From contig NC_134025.1 in assembly GCF_964204645.1 (NCBI RefSeq), forward strand, positions 11,470,001-11,534,000: 64,000 bases of DNA, given 5' to 3'. Numbering within the stretch: the first letter of the stretch is position 1; each line of letters starts with the position of its first letter. The DNA is from Tubulanus polymorphus (Eukaryota > Animalia > Nemertea). A program made the translations under genes and the position numbers. The notes beneath the pieces are model-generated. The model ran no database searches. It saw only the letters and a program-made list of their open reading frames with translations, and was not told where the DNA came from. Positions 56,401 to 64,000 of the stretch are shown in pieces.

Positions 56401-57356
56401 TAGTTATTATATGGTTTCCAGACACTGTTCATTGTTGTTGACGTATTTTAGGTTACTTATAGTTTTCTCATTGACGGGGATCACAGATCTTCTTGTGTAG
56501 TCATGCATTAATAATGCAAAAGGCTTTAGTAGGGTGTAAAGTGCGCTTGCACTTAATCCTCCCGGCGAGCCAGGCAGCCAGCACCATTTGCCCAGTTGGA
56601 AAGAGTGTAACAGAAGGGTTTTAGGTCGCTGCTGTTGATATTGCTACCAGTTCTCGTGGCTCATGCTGTTTTAGGCCTATATGTTTGGGGAGCTTTAGGT
56701 CTCTCTCTCTCCCTCCCTCTCTCTCTTTCTTGCTTTCCTTCTGGAAAATCTTGTTAAAGGTTGAAGAAGGTATATATTCCCCATTCAATGATGGTTGATA
56801 TGATGTTTTTTATCTGTTTAAAATTAAATAACATGACTCGCAGATATTCCGTCTTAGTCCAGTTTATGGTGGCTTCACTCAGGTTCGGTAATGATATCTG
56901 TGATAAGTATCCTTACGGATAATATGGATATTTCAAGTCCCTAGGCCTACTTACTTATTTTTCAACAATGATTTTTAGGTTCAATTGTTTTCAGTTCGCC
57001 GAGACGTGAATTTATGTTGTTTTTGTTTTCAACAATACGAGCTGCTGTGATCGCAGCTGGTCTCCGATTGAAAAGGGTCCAGTCATTTCTGATGATTTCT
57101 AGCAAAATGAATAATGCATTGGCCTTTAATCGTACGTACAACATCATGTGGTATAACGGTATATGGGAGTTAGTTTGAAAATTGCGTTCGAGTAATTTTT
57201 GCAAAACAATGACACGCAGCTAAGCGAGCTCAATGTTGCTATTCAGGGTTCCCGAGGGTGAGCAACCACACCTAAGGCTAGTGCAATGAGTTGAGAATTG
57301 TTTTGCAAGGCCCACGTGATAAAGCGCTGTGTATCGTTTGTAAGATTTTTAGAAAT

Positions 57357-57358
<2 letters not shown>

Positions 57359-57390
<32 letters not shown>
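57359..57390 (+). repeat. (TA)n microsatellite (others near 33909, 36244, 42062)
   Basis: Directly visible. Confidence 0.9.
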
Positions 57391-57395
<5 letters not shown>

Positions 57396-60300
57396 CTTTC
57401 CTTGAGTTATATTAGGCCTACTGCTTTTCTGTCAGATAGATATTAAAGTTGAATTGAAGTTTGGCGCATGGACTTATTAACACAACAACATCTGGGAAAC
57501 TGGGTACACATTCAATGTAGTTGAATTGATGCGTTTTCCTGGCATTTTGACTGTTTGACCTCCTGACCAGTCTTGCGCTATATTTATGCCGTATTTCTTT
57601 ATGTCTTTGTTGATAAGGAAACCTAAGCTAAAAGAGACCGCTGTGATAGGAATAGATCTCTATGGTGATATCAGTCATATGAAACTGTCAGTTTTTGCTC
57701 CGTTTCTATGGAATTTGCATATATTTTGTGAACGCAAAAACAAAGCAGCTCGTGGTGTTGAAAAATCATTTATTCGCGTATTTTCGTTATTTTCACTCCG
57801 TGGTACTATAGCCTACGCATAGTATTTAGATTGGTTTTTGCATTCTAAACTGATGTATGAGCTGTAAATCCGATGGCGCGCTAGTCACATTTTCTTGATG
57901 ATATTTCGCTGATTTTTGCTGCGAGTAAATGAATTTTTTGACAATATTGTCTAGTATGAGCCTACTTGCAACTTTTGTCGGCCGACAAATACGCAAGTGA
58001 CAAGATCACTCAGTATCTAGCATGCTAGGTATTCGATGACGACAAGATTGGCAGCAAGTCTACGCCAGTCACCTACCTAGTTAAGTATGCTGACTTTTCA
58101 CTTATGGAAATTAAGGGCTTTTTCCGAGTTTCGCACTGATTTCGTTGAACACATACACAATTATGTTTTCAAGAACTTCTGTAATGGGAAAAAAACGAAA
58201 ATACCACAGCAAAATTTTGATTCGGTTGTTCAGGCTTTGATTTCTGAAAATATTTCATGAATTTTTTGTGGATGGAATTTTTAAGGGACCTTAAAATTTG
58301 ACTGGGGGTGCGGACCCACGCGGACATCCCCTGTATCCCCCACTGAATGTAGAATGGTCTAAACTAGAGGTAGGCCTAGTGTGAATGCAGCTTATTATGA
58401 ATTATGCGAGGGATGCCGGTTTGCACTTGGAACAGTAGTTTTGAATTCCTTAGAACGAAAATCGAAATCTGACCTCTGATAACTTTCGATCAGATCGGAT
58501 CAGGTCGCTGTATTGCTATACATAGTGTACATATGAGACAATGAGAGTCACACGCTATTTTCGCTTAAATCTCGATGTGCAAACAGATTAATTCTTAATC
58601 TTCCCTATGCCGCCGTTCTGTTGACCCAGGAGCCCGCTATATCTAGTGTTTGAGATCTATTTTTCACACTGTGATAAATCCAGACATTCTCCGACTACTT
58701 GATACAACACAACTATAAAAGGCCCCATAGACATTCGCTGGCCTAAGATCATAAAGACTGCTCATATAATGATGGGAGGTCGGATTTGTTTCTAACTACT
58801 CCCAGCTTTTAATCACAGATTTTTCTTCAATCCACATGTAGACAGTCGCGCATGTGTGCGTGTATGAAAACTGATATTTCAACGCCAACGCGTTGTTATG
58901 AGATGCATATCGATCTACGCAGACTGTTGTCTAGCCGGTCAATTTCTATACTGTGTACGTAGCTGATTGGTATCCACATCGACACAAACGACATCGGGCT
59001 TCCAACAAGATTGTCTGGTGACCGCTGCTTGACCACACGAAACACCAGCCATACGTACTCTACGCTTCACCGCCCTCGGGCTAGCCTTTCCGAGTAGTAA
59101 GCTTTTGGTCGCTTCGATAATAATTTATGCCCGTCCCGGATTAGAAATGGCTCGATAATCCATGGAAATCTTTTCGTTGCGTACGTTTATTAATTGATTC
59201 GATTCATTTTATCCGGCTTCGTCGACCGAGACGATATAAAATTTGACTCCCGGAGTTGGAATGAGTCAACAATTCTCGATTGCAGCTCGGTGAAATTTTA
59301 ACCTGTTGTAATGTCCAGATCGTCGTATCTTTTTATGTCTATGAGTTGAATATGATTGATTTTTCTTTCGAAAGTGAATTTCTTTGAAAAGGTTTTTGAA
59401 GAATTGAGGAAGAAACTACGACGATCAACTGCAGAAATTATGCAGGCATTAAAAGTCTACTCAGGGTTTGCAGCGGTCCTTCCAAGTCCTTCTATCGGAA
59501 AAAGTTAGGACGAAGGTCATCTTTGTCAATAAATGAAGAAATCCCACTTCGAAAGTGTGGGATTTTTTCATTTATCTACAGTATAGGCCTACACGGATTA
59601 TAGTGTTTATTCGACAACTATCATCTTAGTCCTTCCTTTTGAAAAAAATGTCCTTACAAATTTGATTTTTATGTATTTTTTCGCGCACAAATTTGTCGCG
59701 AATTTGACTGTGTAAGTATTTTATTAGTAAGGCCTGGTAACTCACTTGTCAGTTAGATTGAATGTACAGGAAAGTGTTATGGAATTAGCCTGGTATATAT
59801 GATTGGTCTTCATGACTAGTATTCCGGTAAAGGCTTTGCGAAAATGCTTCCTTATGGGCCCTCATTTAACTGGAAAGTACTTCTTTTTCGAGTCAAAAAG
59901 TTTGTCCTTTTGGGTCTAAAATTGCCGAAAAAGTCCATTTGAGCATTTCTTTTTACCCTGGCCTTACCACTGTAAACCCTGCTACTGTTAAGTCCTCGAT
60001 TTTCATGGAATCTGTTACTCATATAGCGTTAATCACGTATTAGCGTCATAGTCAAACCTGCATAATCTGGACCAGTTTGATTTATTCGGATTATGGAAAT
60101 CGTCAATGGTCCGCTTATAAAATGAAATGGTGAATCCGCTCAAAACAGGATTAACATACAGTTGGGTTTATACAGCGTTAAATCATTGATCAGGTCTCGA
60201 AACACATTTCAAATCACAATTTTTACCCTCTCTTGTTTACTGATCAATTAGACAAGAGCTCATCAATCTGATCCTTGCGTTTCTATGAAGAGTTTGTTTA

Positions 60301-60582
60301 GAATTCTGACTAGAATTCTCCTGAAGAACTTCAAAAATGCATGTATAATCTACGCTTTGCGGGATATGAAGTTTTTAATTTTAAAGTCATTATTCCATCA
60401 TTTTTCAGGTGTGGTCCCAGTAATAATGTAGTGCGACGGCGACTGTCATGCAATAATGATAATTCGCGGATTTTTATTCAGGATTAATAATAATCGCGGC
60501 CGTGTCAGAACATGTGACTTAGGTATTAACAACCAATACCGGGTGAGTAGAATCTATTCGTTGATTTGTGTAGTGGCTCTAT

Positions 60583-60859
60583 AGCCAGGATCGCACAAGC
60601 ATTTTTGGCCCATGCCAAATTAGGCCCGGAACAACTATTCACACGAGTACTTACGAAATGGGCCTGAGCCTGTTTTGCCGAACATAAATGCCGGATCAGG
60701 CCCAAGCCAAATTTTAACAGGTTCAACAGTTGCTACAGGTTTCGAAAGTGGCACACTGTTTTAGCATTGTTTAGTATCTAGTGAGTAATTACGTGCATAT
60801 GCACTCTCTAATTAGGCACGGGTCAAATATGACTCTGGCCTGATCTGTGACCGTGGGTT
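60583..60859. mobile_element. MITE family A copy (opposite orientation)
   Basis: Colinear with 5457-5745. Confidence 0.75.
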
Positions 60860-61903
60860 ATGATTCTAAGGCTATTTGATGAAGAGTTTTATGAAAATTA
60901 CCGTTAAGCCCGCTTAAGCTGGATCGGGATATGTCAGAATTTGACATCTACTCGTATCGTAGTAGGTCTCTGGTATTATTCAGTGACTGCGACAAAGCCC
61001 ATTAAACATTCGCATTTACGTCAGATTTTTAGATAAGTCGTTGCTCATTTTATATGGTCCAAATGAGAGATCAGTATCCATTCATCTGTTTAATTTTTTG
61101 TTTAAGTCGTACCAATTCTCAAATCTGGTTGTTTGATTTGAGTGATTTATTCAGCTGCTATGTAGACTGACTTTTCTATTGTCGGCGTAAATTATCGATC
61201 TCCTGCGAGTTTTCCTGGCGTGGCAAATGCGGTCGCGTACATGTGTTTTCGATATCAAAACCCCTAATAATAGTTAGAAATCAAATAATCGCGAAAATCA
61301 TCTGTGTGTTTCAAGGTCCTAACACCAGCACCCGACTAGAAAAAGGTCAAATTGCTGAATTTCCCAGCTAATCAGCTGAACATTTTTCAATCTCATTAAT
61401 GGCAAAAACAACATATTAAATGTGGAATTATATGAATCTTAACCTTGTATTTGACCAATTATTCAAAGCAGCTCGCGGGAAATTTCTTAGCTTGTTTTCA
61501 GCAAATTTGCCGCCTGGAGAAGTCTTTTATATGGGAGGCGATAGGTTAAGTAATGGACTAAGTCCGTGGATAAATTGAAAAATTGTGTGCGCATTTTTTA
61601 TATGATTTTTTCAAGGACGCACTTGAAGTTCAGCATGCAGAGGGTATAATTACATCTGTGAATTAATGATCATCATTCCAAATTTGGTGCGAATACTCTA
61701 TGGTCCGAGACCTACAAAGTTACTGAGCCATTGTTCGATTTGTCCCCCTCCCCCCCTGGAGGCGCCCCTGGGGTGGAGCTTCTATTTCTTCAAATTGCTG
61801 CTTGTCCTACAGTTTCAATCGGATCATTTCCAAATTTCATACGTCATCATTGATGATATGAAATTCACGACGGCGTATGTTATTTACCTGAATGCTACAA
61901 AAA

Positions 61904-61922
61904 TGACCACCAGGTGGCAGTA
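61904..61922 (+). promoter_or_regulatory. Candidate CTCF site
   Basis: TGACCACCAGGTGGCAGTA closely matches the CCASYAGRKGGCRS consensus. Confidence 0.5.
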
Positions 61923-62575
61923 TCAGATAGGTAACCATTAGTTCGAAGACGGGTTTGGCGACGAATCAAGATGAAACTTTTACAGTGTTGTTACTTACAT
62001 GTACTTCAAAGTGATACCGCATTTTAGCGCAGTACGAGCAAGGGTTACACGAAAGCTGCTTTCGCAGGTCTCAACAAAAGCTTAATTCATAGATACATCC
62101 GCTTATTTCTTTCATGGCTAAGTTGCGAAACAAGGGCGGCTCCCGATCTCAGGCGTACTTGTTAGATAGATAGTAAGTTAGTATGTATTATTTATCTGGC
62201 TTCGTATATTAACTGGAAACATCACACTAATTTGATGCCGTAAAAACCGTTACAATAATGTTTATATACATTGATAACTAGTTTGTGTTATCTAAGGGGT
62301 TCTGCATTTCAAAATAACAATTACAATTGTGAATTTTGCCGTGTGTATTTTGTGATCGAATACATTTCATAACTCTTATATTAAATTTTTGATACATTCT
62401 GATGATTACTTTTGAGAGAATATGCACTATTTCATCAATATATCTAGGATCGACTGGTTGCCGGTCAATTCAATTCAATTATCGATATATTCAAATTCAA
62501 AATAACTTTATCGATCCTTAATAATGGATAATTCATTACTGCCGACAATATTAACCAATATTTGTTATTGTTTAA

Positions 62576-62848
62576 CCCTTTCAGTGCTGACTTATTAATT
62601 TCCTGGAGATAATTTGAAAATTTTGAAAAATTCCACCCCAGTGTGTTGAATAACGGGAATACCACTATAGTGCATCAACACCGCAGTGCGGTGTATCATT
62701 AGTTGCTAATATATCACTATGTTTGACAGGAGCTGCCATTGTTCAATAGGGATAATTACTAATTATATCAATACACCGCAGTGCGGTGTACTAGCAAAAT
62801 CCATCACCGATTTATACACCACACTGAGGTGTAGATGCACTGAAAGGG
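62576..62848. mobile_element. piggyBac-like MITE, 273 bp
   Basis: TTAA|CCCTTTCAGTGC ... GCACTGAAAGGG|TTAA; internal acaccgcagtgcggtgta twice; inserted into repeat family R. Confidence 0.88.
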
Positions 62849-64000
62849 TTAAGGCGCGAAAAAAAATTTTAAGTTGGTCGGAGTTGCTTGCACTTGCCAA
62901 TAGCAACACCGGGCGCCTGACAATCATCCGTGCTAAGTCCATAGTATGCCTTTCAGCGAAAATACATACTCTTTATGTATTTTTGCTTTCAGTCATGTTG
63001 AGCGTCAGAGTCCCAGAAAGTTGCGACTTCTGTGGTGCCTGCATTTATTCTTCATGTTCAAAACGAAAGTATAAAAGCCATGTTTTGGTTTTCACGCATC
63101 CTAAGGCCTTTTTTAAATTACTCGGAGAACAGATTTTTTCAAGAATAAAGTTGGAGGGCGAAGGGGTAAAAATTATAAATGCGCTCGAAAAGGCCCCCGC
63201 ACATGAGCCGAAAACTGCGCTGCGCCATTTGCGTACGCAGTTTTCAGCTCGTGTGTGGGGCCTTTAAATTTGATCGAAAACTGAAATTGGGGGGATTTTT
63301 ACCGGGGGGGGGGGGTTTACCTACATTCGGCAGATCCGTACTCCAAGTAATTAGAGAATAAGCCTGTAAGTATGCAAATCATCCATAAGATTCAAATCTT
63401 TTAAATCGTCACATTTCTCTAGTGGGTGACTGTCTTTTGGTATCATCTATTATTTTGAATTTTTACTGTTACAAATAAAACCAAATAGGGTAAAAGATAA
63501 TATCAATGCAACAAAGGACATGTAGTTCAATGAGTGTATAGGTCTACTATATTTGTAGAAATATTCAGTTAAAAAAGCCCTGTTGCCGTTACTTTCATTG
63601 TTGATGTTCAATAGAAATGTAAGTTTTTAAGTGAAATAAGGCTTGTCCGAGCTTGTGTTTATGGCCTAGGCCTACATTACTCAATGGGGTCCGAGAGATA
63701 AACATCGCGCCATTATCGAAAGGCCCATTGGCCACCTCTATGTCCTACACCGGGCCTGACCTCATTTACCGAGGTACGCGATACAGCGCTAGATTTCTCA
63801 TTTAACGCGACCTACAGCTACAACCGCGGTCCTCTACACGTGATAATTTGATAATGAAACTGATCGTTTGTAGTCGTTAACTTTCGTGATAATTTCATAC
63901 CTGGCTTTGGCAGGAGTTTCGCTCGGTTGTACCGGCTGAAAGCGCACTAGTACTGGTAACCTGTGAATTGCGCGGGCTGATATACGAGAAAGTTCAATAG

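Noticed and set aside
62719-63267. 182-aa ORF
   Set aside because: Runs across MITE and repeat sequence; no recognisable domain.

Overview
AT-rich, intron-rich animal genomic DNA. The Syt1 protein closely resembles molluscan (Aplysia/squid) synaptotagmin as I recall it, so the host is probably a spiralian/lophotrochozoan invertebrate. Three + strand genes can be rebuilt by hand from GT-AG exons with consistent phases. (1) Synaptotagmin-1, CDS 23390-36849, 413 aa, with two duplicated mutually exclusive C2B exons and a tandem acceptor giving +/-VQ isoforms. (2) A gene the ORF track shows only as disconnected fragments (43634-46679, about 296 aa): signal peptide, one Ig domain, TM helix and a cytoplasmic tail with YxxM and ITIM-like tyrosines. 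(3) A divergent beta-tubulin (50425-53344, 447 aa). The non-coding DNA holds many MITE families (Harbinger-, Tc1/pogo- and piggyBac-like, some nested), two adjacent palindromes centred on minimal hammerhead-ribozyme cores (Penelope-like), a foldback element with tRNA-like arms, and a 4.7-kb tract strongly enriched in TAGGCCTA. All calls come from reading the sequence; no searches were run.
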